This document shows, piece by piece, positions 1 to 13,055 of a stretch of DNA of 64,000 nt. Both the position numbers and the translations under genes were made by a program. Position 1 is the first letter of the stretch, and every line of letters starts with the position of its first letter. Source of the stretch: Toensbergia leucococca (taxonomy: Eukaryota); assembly GCA_022813965.1 (NCBI GenBank), contig JALDZS010000012.1, forward strand, positions 1 to 64,000, read 5' to 3'. Below the pieces are notes generated by a model that did no database searches, was not told where the DNA came from, and saw only the letters and a list, made by a program, of their open reading frames with translations.

Positions 1-898
1 CCGATCGCTGGCTGTTTCACTAATGTGTTTGGATGACGAAGTAAATTGATAATCTGCAACGTCGTTTCTGGGATTGGAACTCTGCTCTGTGGGCTGACTG
101 GCTCAGAATGGGTCATCATACTGAGTTGAGTGGTTGTCTGGTGGCTAGAACATCGCTTGGACACATTGAATTGTGATCACTAGCACATCTTTGTCTATGG
201 TTCTATTTATCACTTTCATATATGTCGAGGAACGTGTTGCCTCTGAGCTTGTCATTCCAACTAGCCTTTTGTTGAAGCGTACAGTGGCGGCAAGTTGTCT
301 TACATATTTGTTCTCTCACACCGCCAACTTTGCGATCTTATTCTACATACTAGTCTATTGCGTCTCACTGGTTTGACGACTACTGAAGCCAACCTCCAAT
401 TCATACCCCAAAGCGCATGTGCGGCGCTGGGGTCCATTCTGACGGGGATTGCCATCAGGTCGACTGGCAGTTATATCTACTTCAACCTGCTCATCTAGGC
501 TATAACAATTCTTGGCTATGCATCTATAAAAACGTTGACACTAAGCACGCTTCATTGGGCTCCCATTGTATCTTTCACTGACTGGTCTTGATTGTAGAGG
601 TGTACTTTTCGTTGCTCTCGTTTCCTTGATCAGCTCGGCCGACCGCGAATATCAAGCTATGGTCACTTCAGCATCTTTCGCTTTTCGGTCGATCGTTTCC
701 ATCCTTGGTATCTCGATCACTTCAACTGTTTTCGAACATCCATTACGCAAAGAGTTGGGGAGCCGACCGGGCACAATCGCGAAGCAGATCACCTCATCTC
801 TCGCCTGTGAAATAAAATTAAGTTTGATGAGATTTAATAGTGCTCCGCCAGGATGTATACAACTTCTACGCTGCGGCATTGAAGGCTGTACTTGCTAA
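1..898 (+). pseudogene. Degenerate MFS transporter (DHA2/Vba1-like), truncated at the window edge
   Basis: Frame from nt 1 reads PIAGCFTNVFG*RSKLIICNVVSGIGTLLCGLTGSEWVIILS*VV (MFS motif-A region) with stops at 34-36 and 127-129. Later fragments (EERVASELVIP, GSILTGIAIRSTGSY, YQAMVTSASFAFRSIVSILGISI) lie in different frames. Confidence 0.75.
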
Positions 899-2077
899 AA
901 CGCTTGCGACGACAACCCATTCTCTGCGCCAGTCTGAACCGTCTTCACCTCGACAATGCCAAACGAACATTCCACCGGGGGCGCCACTCTTTCGTATTCA
1001 AAGAGCTCGGTAGTTAGTCTCAGATACCCAGCGCTTCAAACACGCCCAATTTATTAGGTTCAGGGTACACCGCGTTATTGGTAACTCTTGGGAGGAGAGA
1101 GAACTTTCCAAGAGAGAGCTTGGGGTTGTGCGTATGAGGTACATATCGATGCCAGCAAGGGGGGATGTCGGAGGGGGGGCATTGCAAATTCTTGTAGGGT
1201 TGCAGGGGGGAGAGGGGGGGGAGGGGGGCGGGGGCCGACGTTGCTGATTGATTCCAACGCAGAGATCATGGGCGCCGTTAATTTGATATTCGCGAAAAAA
1301 AAGGCAACTGACGCTTCATATCAGAGACCGATAAATTTCGAGTAATACAAATCCTATATAACCCCCTAGCAAAAACATGGTCAGTCAAAAAAAACATAAC
1401 AATAACAATAAAAAAAACAACACCCTCCACATCACCACAAACAAAAAAATAAAAACGCCAAGAAAACAAAACTCCACCCATTTTCCCCGAGCCGTTCAAA
1501 GCAGAAAGCTGGATATCACATCAGTTCCACGGGGCTCCGCTATAGCGGGTTTGGGGTTTTCGGTAACATGCTGGCGCGGTAGAACATACCGCTGATGGAC
1601 TTTTGCGAGGAGAAGAGAATTGGGGGGGTTCCGTTGAGGAAGGGGGGTGTGTTGAATTGCGGTGGTTTGACAAAAAGGTTCTACTGGCAAAAGGGCTTAC
1701 GATGCGTGTGGTGCCGGTTCCTCGAAACCGTGAGCTTTTCCGGGAACTGGGGGTTTCTGCTCAGATGTGCATGATGCAGAGGGAAAGGGGGGGACTATAT
1801 GGGTTCGGAGCTCGTGAATCACGGGTGGGGATAGAAAACAAACAGAAGTAGGAGATGGAAAATTTTTGAGATGATAAGGTAAGTTTGCCCAGTTTTATAT
1901 CGGGGGTAACTAGAAGTAATACTGGTAGAAAGGTAGATGCTTAGGACGACTTAGCCTCAGTACGGGGGGTAGTGATCAACAAAAATGCAAATTTGGAAAT
2001 AAAAGGAGATATATCCATATATGACCATCTAAAAGATCTCAACCACACCGCACCCGCGGCCAAAACCAAGCCCAGAC

Positions 2078-3176
2078 TCATGATTTCGGCTTGAACAACG
2101 CCTCCTGCGTATCGTACGTGTATTTCAGATCAAGAAGCCAATAATTCGGCGTCGTAGGCTTGGTAATCAGCCAAGCTTCGTCCAAAACTCGGACCACTTC
2201 ATCCGGAAGCGGCCCCTTTTCCAGATCCGTGAGATTGCTCTCCAGCTGCCCGATGCTACTCACGCCAATAATCACGCCATCTCGACCGCCGTTTTCCATC
2301 TTCAGGGCAGAGTGGTGCACGCACCATCGGAGAGCAGTCTCCAGCAGCGTCAGGTTGTGCTTCTGGGCGACGGGCTCGATCAAGCGCAAAGCGTCAAAAG
2401 TGGAGTCTTTGAAGTATCTTTTTCGGTACATTGCACCTGACTTTGCCGAGTCGCTGTAGCGGCCTTCTTGCGGGATATCTGCGCTTTTTATTTTGCCGGA
2501 GAAGAGGCCTCCTGCCAGTGGATTGTAGATGACCACATCCATTCCATAGCGGTGGCAACAAGGGATGAGTTCTTGTTCCAGAGAACGAGCTATGGCATGT
2601 TGATCAGTCTGTATCTGATTAGTATTTGATGCAGGACTTACTAATTGCGTTGTACATGCCCTGATAGATTGTGGGTCTTACCCATCCCCTTTCCTTGCAA
2701 GTGATGACTACTTCGGCAACCTCAAAAGCTGTGTAATTACTCAGACCCAACTGGACAAACTTTCCTTCTTTGTGCAGCTCATTCACCGCTCCAAGTGTCT
2801 CAGCGAACGGCACGGATCTATCTGCAGCGTGTAGGTAAAAGGTATCGACGCAATCGGTCTTCAACTCTGACAGAGATTTGTTCAGTTGTTCTCGGACATT
2901 TTCTGGTTTATGTAATCCAGGTTGGTGAGGGTACAACTTAGTAGCCAGTGTCAGTCCCCGCTCCTTCCAGTGAGCTTCGGTAGTAAAAGCTTCCTGTTTG
3001 CCGCCAACGTACACGCGTGCAGTGTCTACTTCATTATACCCTTGCATCTGGAGATAGTCGAGGCATTGGTTGTACTCGTCAAGTGAGTCGATTCGGGCAC
3101 CCGCGGACTTATCTGGGCCGAAGGTCATCAAGCCAAGGATGACCCTCGGCTTGGGGTTTTGTGTCAATAAAGGCAT
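2078..3176 (-). CDS. Aldo-keto reductase, aflatoxin B1 aldehyde reductase (AKR7)-like; 2 exons (intron 2590-2641)
   Basis: Motifs LGLMTFG, DTARVY, LATK, FYLHAADRSVPF, LGLSNY, YQGMYNAI and YNPLAGG; a GTAAGT..TAG intron joins the two ORFs in frame. Confidence 0.93.
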
Positions 3177-3958
3177 GACTGAAAACGGCGAGAAATGGAA
3201 GATTAACGATGACCTAGACGAAAGTTGTAGAGGAATTCCTGATTTATATGGTGAGTCACGGAATGATGGGCCTTGAAGAGGATGAAATGCAGATGACGTT
3301 TGACTGATCTTAGACCCGTTATCTCCGTGAACATTTAAATGTCCGCAGCGACCATGACAGACGAGTAAGACGAGGTCGACGTATGTTCAAAATAATGAAA
3401 ACCATCCACTCGCCGACACTAAAGAGTAACTGATCATAGTGAACATCTTGAAAGGCACAATACATCTCGTACAGCAAAACATAAAGCTCAAGAGTTGCAG
3501 AGAATAAAGTGATGAAGAAAGATCATTTAGAGATCTAGAATTAATGGGTCACACTTACCTCGAACAAAGATGAACACCATGTTGAAACCGCCATTCCAAT
3601 CACGCAATCATTCACGTTTTCTTCCTATCGTGCTCATGGTGATCTCCATGACTTTCTAAGCCAAGCTATCTGATGGATTACTACTCATATCTGCTGTTCT
3701 CAAATTCCCACTATTCACACTTCAAATTCCAAGCACAAACACCAAGATGTGTCACATCTCAGCATCTACAAGTAACCCAATTCCCATTTCCAAATAACCA
3801 CCATCTCATCACATCTACGCCATCTCTACAAATCAAAGAAACCTCACCACTCCTACCCGGTCCCTCACCCACCACCGCAACAAACCCCAGTCCGCAACCC
3901 AACCCTTCCTCACCCCCAAACCCTCAGAACTAACAGCCCCTCAGTCTCCAAAGCAAAG

Positions 3959-4390
3959 ATGCTCATCGCCGCCATCGCCAAAGCTTTCCGCAACCCCGAC
4001 AAGCCCCTCCACCCCACCACCAACAATAATTCCTACAGCCAAGTGAGCGATTTGGCAAACCAGCCACTGACCACCAACACCGGCCACCCAGCCGCCAACA
4101 ACCAACAACACACGGCCAATCCCATCGGTAGCACCACCAACCATCAACACACGATCAACCCTCTCGGCGGTACCAACCACCAGGGCGCCAACCCCACCAC
4201 CACTCCCGTCGCTCCTACCCAATACGCCGCCACCCCGGTTGCCAACACTCAATACACCACCACCCCCATCCACCACACCACCGGCAACCACGGCGCCCCA
4301 CAACTATCGCCTTATCCAGGCCGCGGCAGTGCAGACGCAGGGGGGCCGCCTAAGCGAGGTTTTTTCCAGAAGCTAGGATGTTTTCGTTGA
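3959..4390 (+). CDS. Hypothetical 143-aa N/Q/T/H/P-rich protein with internal repeats and a basic C-terminus
   Basis: ATG-initiated, uninterrupted ORF with many C-ending codons; peptide repeats QHTxNPxGxTNH and TPVAxTQY. No recognised family. Confidence 0.5.
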   Translation: MLIAAIAKAFRNPDKPLHPTTNNNSYSQVSDLANQPLTTNTGHPAANNQQHTANPIGSTTNHQHTINPLGGTNHQGANPTTTPVAPTQYAATPVANTQYTTTPIHHTTGNHGAPQLSPYPGRGSADAGGPPKRGFFQKLGCFR

Positions 4391-5350
4391 AGCGAGCCAA
4401 GGGCGTATTGATCGCTGTGGAGGCATGGCGGAGAAGCTGAGATGATGTGAAAGAGCGACGGATGGGGTTTCTTTTGAAGTTCCGGTGGGGAGGCGATGTC
4501 ATTACCAAAAACGGTAGCATCTGGCTCATGAATCGCAAGCACCGAGACTTGAAATAGCTCTTCCATCATAACAAAACACCCTTTGTATTTCTAGATCACC
4601 CCCAGAAAATAAAAAAGATGATACTTGCAGCAGCCTGAAACCAAAACCCAGTCTTTTTTCCAGAAAATCCTACGGCATGCAACCAAAGGTGAGAGCTTTC
4701 CATCATGACAAACACCTTTGTATTCTGGACTCTCTCCCTTCCGGTCTTCAAACGCAATGAAGACGCCGCTGATGAAAGCGCACGTTCCCCCCCTTTTCCT
4801 CTGAAATGCCTCCATCCAATACAACCGATGTAAAAAGACACCCTCCGCCCTCAAAACCACCATATAGATCACCACCAACCTTCAAGCTGCCAAGCATGAA
4901 TCATGACAACACTTTGATATTTAGCGTCTGGTAACGTAGGCTAAAAAGCAGGTAGATTGCAAGCATGGACGTTGTGGGATTTCGTAAAGCAAGAAGAGAG
5001 GAATATGAGGGAGGGAAGAAGGAAGTTGTTTCCAAGGTGTGACGGTTCGGCTTTTCCAGCTTAGCTTGAAGAGCGATCAATCATTGATGGAGTACTGCAT
5101 GCAGAAGAAGTATCTGTTTCTCTGTCGACACACATATGTCGAAGGCACAGCTGCAAATAAAAGTTCCACGAAACGCCCCATCTAGGTAGGCTGACTACCG
5201 GGGCTACAGAGACACAAACCACAACACCACATGAAATGCAACGTAGGAAAACGCCTCCAATGCATCTTTCATACAAAGAACACGCCACCTCAACCGGTAG
5301 CATCGGGATTAGGAAACATGAGCATGAGGGTATCCAAACAAAATCGAGAT

Positions 5351-7193
5351 TCATTCGTCACTATCCGAATCCGCAATATCGTTTGCAAGTCTGTTGTTTG
5401 TTTAGCCCATTTTCGGGAGAAGAAGAAGAAAAGAGCTGCAACGGGATCATTACCTCTTCCGCCGTTCTTCGTCCATTTCTCTGTACGTGCTCCAGCTGAG
5501 AAGGAGAAATGCGGCGATGATGAGAAGACCACCGCCTATTGCGGCGCCGGATAGAGGAGAGCCTGTGATGAACCAGTCTACAACCGCAACGAGGAAGATG
5601 GTGAGACTTGAGATTGTGAGTATTTGAGTCCTTTACGGAAGGGTAAAGAGGACTTACAGGGCTGCGACTGAGGACAAGACTGGTGATGTAAGAGAAATTA
5701 GGACTAAAAATGACCCAGAGAATGCTAGAACGTGTAAGCCACTGTGGGATGACTGGTTTCAGCGTTACTTACTTGCGTTGGCCAGCGCTGATATCAACAT
5801 CATCCATGCGGCCTTACCATGAGGAAGCTCGAACACTTCAAGTCCAGTGAAGTGGAGGATCGGCAGGGGAATCCATAAAACAGATAGAGTGAAGCTGCCA
5901 ATAAGACTCCCAAAAGTCATGGCGAAGATCATACCTCTCCCCGGACTGGTGCCTTCAGGCGGACAGGCAAGCTTCTTATAGAGCACCTCATATAATCCAT
6001 AAAGCACGCTTCCCACTCCGATTACAATATTACCAAGCGTCCTGTTTGAGGCTCCACTGTCGTCTGGCGATGGAGGTGGGCCACCGCCAACGGAGCCGCC
6101 AGATTTACCTCCGTGCTTTGTAGGAGCAGAATCACCGTAAGCCACAGTGAGAACTCCGGCAATGGCTATTGCAACGGAAAACGCCTTGTCGAACCGTAGC
6201 TTATCCTTTAGGAGAGGTATGCTGAAAGCGTATGCAAAGAATGCGGAGCAGTTGTAAATAGCGGTCAGGTCACTCGCGGATGTCATATCAACTGCGAGAT
6301 ACCATGATCCGCCAGCAACAGTGAGCGCTGTCGTGACAAAAGCGGTCGTCCGTAGGATGTATGGAATGGGCGATCTATGCGATTCACGACTTGTGAGATG
6401 AAGATCTTGAGATTGAACCATTTGAGCAGTAGTGCGGAGAATATAGGTATGACGGCGCCAGAAAGCTCCCCAGGGCATGTTACGTTTCTGAATCCTGAGT
6501 ATGAGAAGCTGTACAGGCCATAGTAGCGACCATGAGCCATGGGTCAAATATCTAAATATAGATCATTAATGTCGATGTGCAGATATGGCACCTTACAGGG
6601 CACCAGGGGACTCACAACATGCAATATGCTTTGTTCCATTTCAATTCGTGCTGTATGTACACTGCAGTCTCTGTCTGTATAACGAAGCTGACTAAACTCA
6701 AGACCAAGAAGAATGCCGCATACGTATATTTCCTTCTAGTTGCAGAACCCGAGTCTAGCTCTGGACTCCTACTTCGAAAAGTAGACCGCCTGGGCGCAAA
6801 ACTTGGACGAGTACTGCCGTTGGGTGAATCGTAAGACGGTCTGCTATGTTCGTCCTTCAACAAAGGTACTTGTGAGCGACCATCAGTAGGTCTATGCAAA
6901 GGTGGTCTTTCCGCCATTACTTCTTCGTCTTCTTCTGGATCTAAATCGCTGGCGATTTCCCCCTCTTCTAATTTGTCGTCGCGGACTCGGCGAGGATGTA
7001 TCGGAGACCAAGTTGCAGGGCTGGGGGAATCTGAACGAAGGGACGGGGAGCGCCGTGATGGCGGATTCGGTGATAAAGTGGCGAGTTGACTTTGGTCTTC
7101 TGAAGGAGGAGTGTGTATGATGGAGGCTGAGTTGCTTGAAGAGAAGCTGGCTTGAGGGCTGTTTGGTGAAGCCCTTGGGTTATCGATGGTCAT
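5351..7193 (-). CDS. DMT/EamA-superfamily (SLC35F-like) membrane transporter; 5 exons
   Basis: Disordered N-terminus followed by TM segments (SFVIQTETAVYIQ, DLTAIYNCSAFFAYAFS, GNIVIGVGSVLYGLYEVLYKK). Spliced 3' exons give TFSGSFLVLISLTSPVLSSVAALLTIFLVAVVDW...DSDSDE*, with the stop at 5351. Confidence 0.88.
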
Positions 7194-7674
7194 CCATGCA
7201 GATCAGTTGAGTTGTAGCGCAGTCGCTGAACGAACGTATTGTTTCTAGCTAAAGTAGTGTCTTCCTGGTGGGCACAAGATCAAATAATTCAAATTGCTGT
7301 CCTATCGGATGCTGTCATCAGAGACTCCTATCCGTACAATGCGTGCATCCAACTTTTGAGACAACGGAACGGAGCTCGGAGTAAAAATTGACCGCCTAGG
7401 GCCCGATTGTTTGGCGAACTCGGCGAAATATCACTAAGCCATCGGCCGTCTATTTTCACAGCTTCAGTCATTGAAGACAGGAATCAGGCATCTTCTACGA
7501 GAAAAGAGACATGCGCTTTTGGTAGCTTATGGTGAAGCAACTGATTACTTGTAGTATAACGATCAAGTTAGAGACCTGGTGCCAGCTTGCCGATCTGTAG
7601 AACCCACCCATGTAGTTTCATAGCCATTAACAACTCATTGACTCGTACCTCGTCTGCACGTTGCTCATGCCTTT

Positions 7675-9306
7675 TCAGTGCGTCCCGTTTGCATCCTCCT
7701 TCCCACTCAATTCGCAAAACGCCTTGAACGTCGTAAAATCTTTCCCTTCGCTCTCAAGCACACATTCTGCCGTTGCTCCCACGAAGAAGACATACCCCTG
7801 TTTGATCTCCTCGAACTTCGATCCGACACCAATCTTTCCATAGCCAGCAGTACAGATGATTATACTTGGGCCATCAATCGCTTCAAAGGTAGCTTTCGCT
7901 CCTTCCTTCTTTAGATCAGTTTTGACAACGCTAAACTCTTCAATGGGAGGGTCGTAGAGTATTACGGATGATGCGGAAGAGTAGGCGGTGCTGTTGAGAG
8001 TCACGTAGGGATAGTCGACTGGGTGCATTTTCTGTTCGGATATTGGAGCGTAGGAGTAGGTCAGCATTGTGGTGAGGGTCGGTATATCTTGATATTTAGG
8101 AGTAAAGCCTGCACGAACGACATTGTCCGAGGATGCCATGCATTCAATTATATCTTGAAGCGTCAGCATTACTTAATGGTAAAAGTTCGGCGAAGGAAGC
8201 CTAGAAAGGAACTTACCTCCGCTGAGATAGGCGTGTATATCGTCGGCTTTAAGGAACATGGCTTCACCTACTTCGAGCTTCACATAATTGAGAAAGAAGA
8301 GCACAAAGAGGCCGATGTCACCTTCGAATTGGCTATTCAGGCGAACAACAAGATCAGCAAGCTCTTGGCCTTCATTTGATGGTCCACCACTTCCTGCAAA
8401 GTCACCACAGTCCTTCTTGGCTGAGGTCAATAGTTCATCAGCAGCTGAAGCGACTTTAGATTTTTCGTTGTTCATCAGCGCGGAGAAGGCGGATTGCAGA
8501 GCCTTCTTGTTTTTCTGCATGTCTTCTTCTTTTTGCGACGTCTCATGGTCTTTAATTGCAGTTTCAAAATCTTTTGCTGTAGATTCGCCAACAAGTTTCC
8601 GCAATGACGGTACCGCGGAAAGAAAGTGTGAAATTTCTTCCAGTGGCCGGAAACCGCAAAGGCCGTCAAAGGGAGTGATAGCAATGGTCATCTCAGGTTT
8701 GTGGTTATCATCTGGGAGCACGCGTTTTAGACAAACTCAGTAAACGGCGAGAATCTGTTATTACCAGGGTAGTTCTTGGGATCTTTTTGATGTAATTTCT
8801 CTGCTAGCTTCTTATTCGGATGGGCTTGTATACTCAGGGCCTTCCGAATTGAGAGAACCTTGAAAAGAAAAGGTAACTTCTCCCCGTATTTTCTACTAAC
8901 CGTTTGAGACATGAGGGCTTGATTGTCTTGGACAAGGTCAAGCAGCGTTCTTTTAGTCTCTAGATCTTTGGATGGAAGCGAAGGATGAGTACCCATCCAT
9001 AGCTAGGTTAAATGATCAGAAGTGGCAAGGGTAGGAGATGCGTTAGACAGACCTCTGCATACGGCTTCTCCTCTTGAATTGAAAAATCGTCTGACGGGGT
9101 CGCTGCTGCATACTTGGCAGCTGCGGATTCCCCTCCAACCTTGCCTAGACGACGTCTTAGCCCAAAAACCTTCCGGAAGTCATCGTGATATGCTCAACTG
9201 ACCCCAATCATAACTGTTCACTCCTACCCCAATAACATCAGCTTTTCACACCCTCTTAAGTGTGATCAAACATACCACATTGTAATCTAATTAGAGGTAT
9301 CTGCAT
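7675..9306 (-). CDS. PMI40: Mannose-6-phosphate isomerase (type I); several short 5' exons
   Basis: Spliced N-terminus [19 protein letters not shown]...[13 protein letters not shown]; motifs [34 protein letters not shown] and [17 protein letters not shown]. Confidence 0.96.
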
Positions 9307-9687
9307 TACAGCAAGACTCTGATTGACGATGCTCTAACAGCGTGTAGCAGGCAATCATCAAGCGTTGACCATGGACTTGGATTTGGACCTGCAAGTCTTT
9401 GTCTATCGATGTCTAGTAGCGTGCAGTCGCTAACGTAATCTGTACAAGCATCAGCCTTACCCGCATTCGCCGGGCCGAAGAGTTACTTCATTCGCTTCGT
9501 CAGCCAATGGCAGCAGAGGGTCACAGGGCTCACATGCAGGCCCAAAAAGCTCCAAGTTCATCAGCAAATCGCTTGGCTGAATCTTTGACTGCCAACTCGC
9601 ACAGCAGCGAGGAAGAGGGAGATAGCGACGGAGGTGTCCAATTGCTTCTTTCTCATCTTCACCTTGAAGCTCGCCCTGAAGTCACCA

Positions 9688-11309
9688 TGGCTGCTCGTAA
9701 TAGACCTCGCGGAGGCTTGACCAAAGATGACCCGGCCGATGCCCATGAAGAGCGTAATATGTGGAATCAGATAGTCAACGACGTCAATCTGAGACTCAAG
9801 CCCTTACATGCTAGATCTACTGAGGTGATGAAGATGATTGTTGAGATGGAATCTAGAATCGACTCTAGTACGTACATATTTACTCTATTTACCTTGACAA
9901 AACTCAACAATTGTGATACTTTGCTCCACCCCCTCTTGTTACTACACCTTTCTCAACGCCCCTCATCCCCTGCATCCTGCGAATGGACTTCTGGCCTGAC
10001 GAGCTTGAGCAATCTTCTGGTCTAGCTTGGCACGGTTGGGTCGTGGTGTTCCTCTATTGGAACATTTACTACCACTGCATCGTTTTCGTTTTCTCAAATT
10101 TACCAGCCGTTAAACACGTCTGTCTTGCCATACCTGTGGGGGATGCATTCCTCTCCATGTTGTCCAGGCTTGTTGCAATGCCCTTATTACGCCGCTACCA
10201 TCCTTCTGGCCTCCTCTACGGTCTCGTTGCTCATTATGTTCGCCATAATTTTCACCTACTATTTCGTATTCCAGTCCTCGTCTTTTGGAGAGTTACACTC
10301 TCTGGAATGTTTCTCATCTATTCTCTTCTGGCCATACCTTTTGTATTCTATGCTGCAGTGGCCGAAGGAGAACAGGAGGCCGCATTTTGGGCTTGGTGGG
10401 ACGAGACTTCTACTCTCCGAAGGCAGTTTCTCTTGTTCCGTCAAGACTAACGTCACCTTTCTTCCAGTATCATGCTCGGTCAAAGAAATCGACGAGCTCG
10501 CGGCGCTTTATCGTGAAGGTCTTAAGCTTTGTGAGGAAGAGCAGAAAATCCTTAACGAAGAGCCAAACGATGTGATAAAAAATGTCGGAATCCTGACCGC
10601 CTTACGTACCGCCAGCGAGATTGAGCCACCCCGTACTCAAGCACCTCCAAAGCCTCGGACTGTGAAACGCAAAATCGACACAGATGGCGCTGCAGATTCT
10701 CCTGGTCCCTCGCCAAGTGTGGCTACTTCAGCTTCCAGATTGAAAGGCAGTAGTGTTCGTAGTGGATCTGTACCATTGTCAAGAGATGGAAAGGAAGCTT
10801 CAGTCAAAGTTGAGGAGGGATCCGAAGGTAGCAAGGGTCCTTCTGCGGAGAGGGCTGGGAAATTCTTTGTTGGAGCCGAGGTTGCTTACAAGCAAACCAA
10901 GATGAAGGAAGATGGAAGCCAATGGATTCAATGCAACATTATTTCCATGGTTGATATTGGGAACAAGAAGCGGTAAGTTTTTTAGAGAAAGCGATAGAGT
11001 GGGTGTCCTCGCTCATGCACACATAGATACGAAGTTCAAGACCCCGAGCCAGATTCGGAAAGTGGAGCACCAGGTCAGATCTACAAGACGGCTGCTACTG
11101 CTCTGATCGCTATCCCCTCGCCCGATGCCATTCTTCCGGAATATCCTGTCGGCAAACATGTTTTGGCACGCTACCCTGAAACAACTACCTTCTATCGTGC
11201 CGAAGTCACGGGCATCAAACGGGACATGTACAGACTTAAATTCGAGGATGACCAAAACCAGGAAATGGACGTTGACAGGAGATTTGTGCTGGATGTTAGC
11301 AGTAAATAG
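9688..11309 (+). CDS. SGF29: SAGA-associated factor 29 (tandem Tudor); introns 9868-10467 and ~10973-11026; an upstream in-frame ATG lies at 9507
   Basis: MAARNRPRGG..EERNMWNQI N-terminus; Tudor motifs VGAEVAYK..WIQCNI..YEVQDPEPD and VLARYPETTTFYRAEV..YRLKFEDD. Confidence 0.9.
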
Positions 11310-11643
11310 GGGAATGTGTGGCTGAAGATGGCATGGACGGAGCATCAACGGCGCATTGTCGAGCGAGATACCCCTTTGTCATTGGCAGAAAGCCATAAAT
11401 TATTGAGGAGGCAGATTGCATTTTTGTAGTCGGCGAAAGTGCAAATAGGTGTGGGCAGATAGATAGATAGGTTGGACACGAAGATCACCTGTGCTTGTTC
11501 CAGTCCTGAAATATGAAACACTCTCCACATAATCTCTAGGTGGCTTGATTCGTTCTGCATGTGGTAGTAGTAGTTCATGTGGTAGACTAATAAGAAATGC
11601 AAGGAAAAGGAGTGGAAGAAAAGAGAAGAGAGAAATAGAAAAA

Positions 11644-11709
11644 GAAAAGGAAAAGGAAAAGGAAAAGGAAAAGGAAAAGGAAAAGGAAAAGGAAAAGGAA
11701 AAGGAAAAA
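11644..11709. repeat. (GAAAAG)n hexanucleotide microsatellite, about 10 copies
   Basis: Tandem array directly visible in the intergenic sequence. Confidence 0.95.
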
Positions 11710-12132
11710 GGCCCCCCACACGGATAGATACGGGGCTAGTGACGCACGGCGGACCGTGGGAATTTCAGGGGCATTGCATAAGAGTCAAGAGCGCATTGGG
11801 CATTGAGCATTTAATGCCTAAAGTCTGTTTCAGAAAATAAAAAAGAAATTGACATTGACGCTTTTTCGAATTTAATGACCAAGCCTCTCAATCTCTCATC
11901 TGTTACCTGCCCCTCTCTATTCATTCCTATTCCTCCACCACGCCGTTGATCATTCCTTAAAGCACGCCCTCCGATTTTCACCATATCGCATCCACTCTCC
12001 CGAACCCCTTTGCAACGTGCAACCTATTCAACCAACCCTGCGTAATTCTTGACCTTTCAGCGCAACAAATCCACTGAACCGAGCAAAGGCCCATCCTTCT
12101 CTTACACCAGACGCGTCCGTCTATCTCTCGCC

Positions 12133-13055
<923 letters not shown>

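Noticed and set aside
11345..11727. ORFs encoding (FP)n and (EK)n repeats
   Set aside because: They are translations of the (GAAAAG)n microsatellite, with no other coding evidence.
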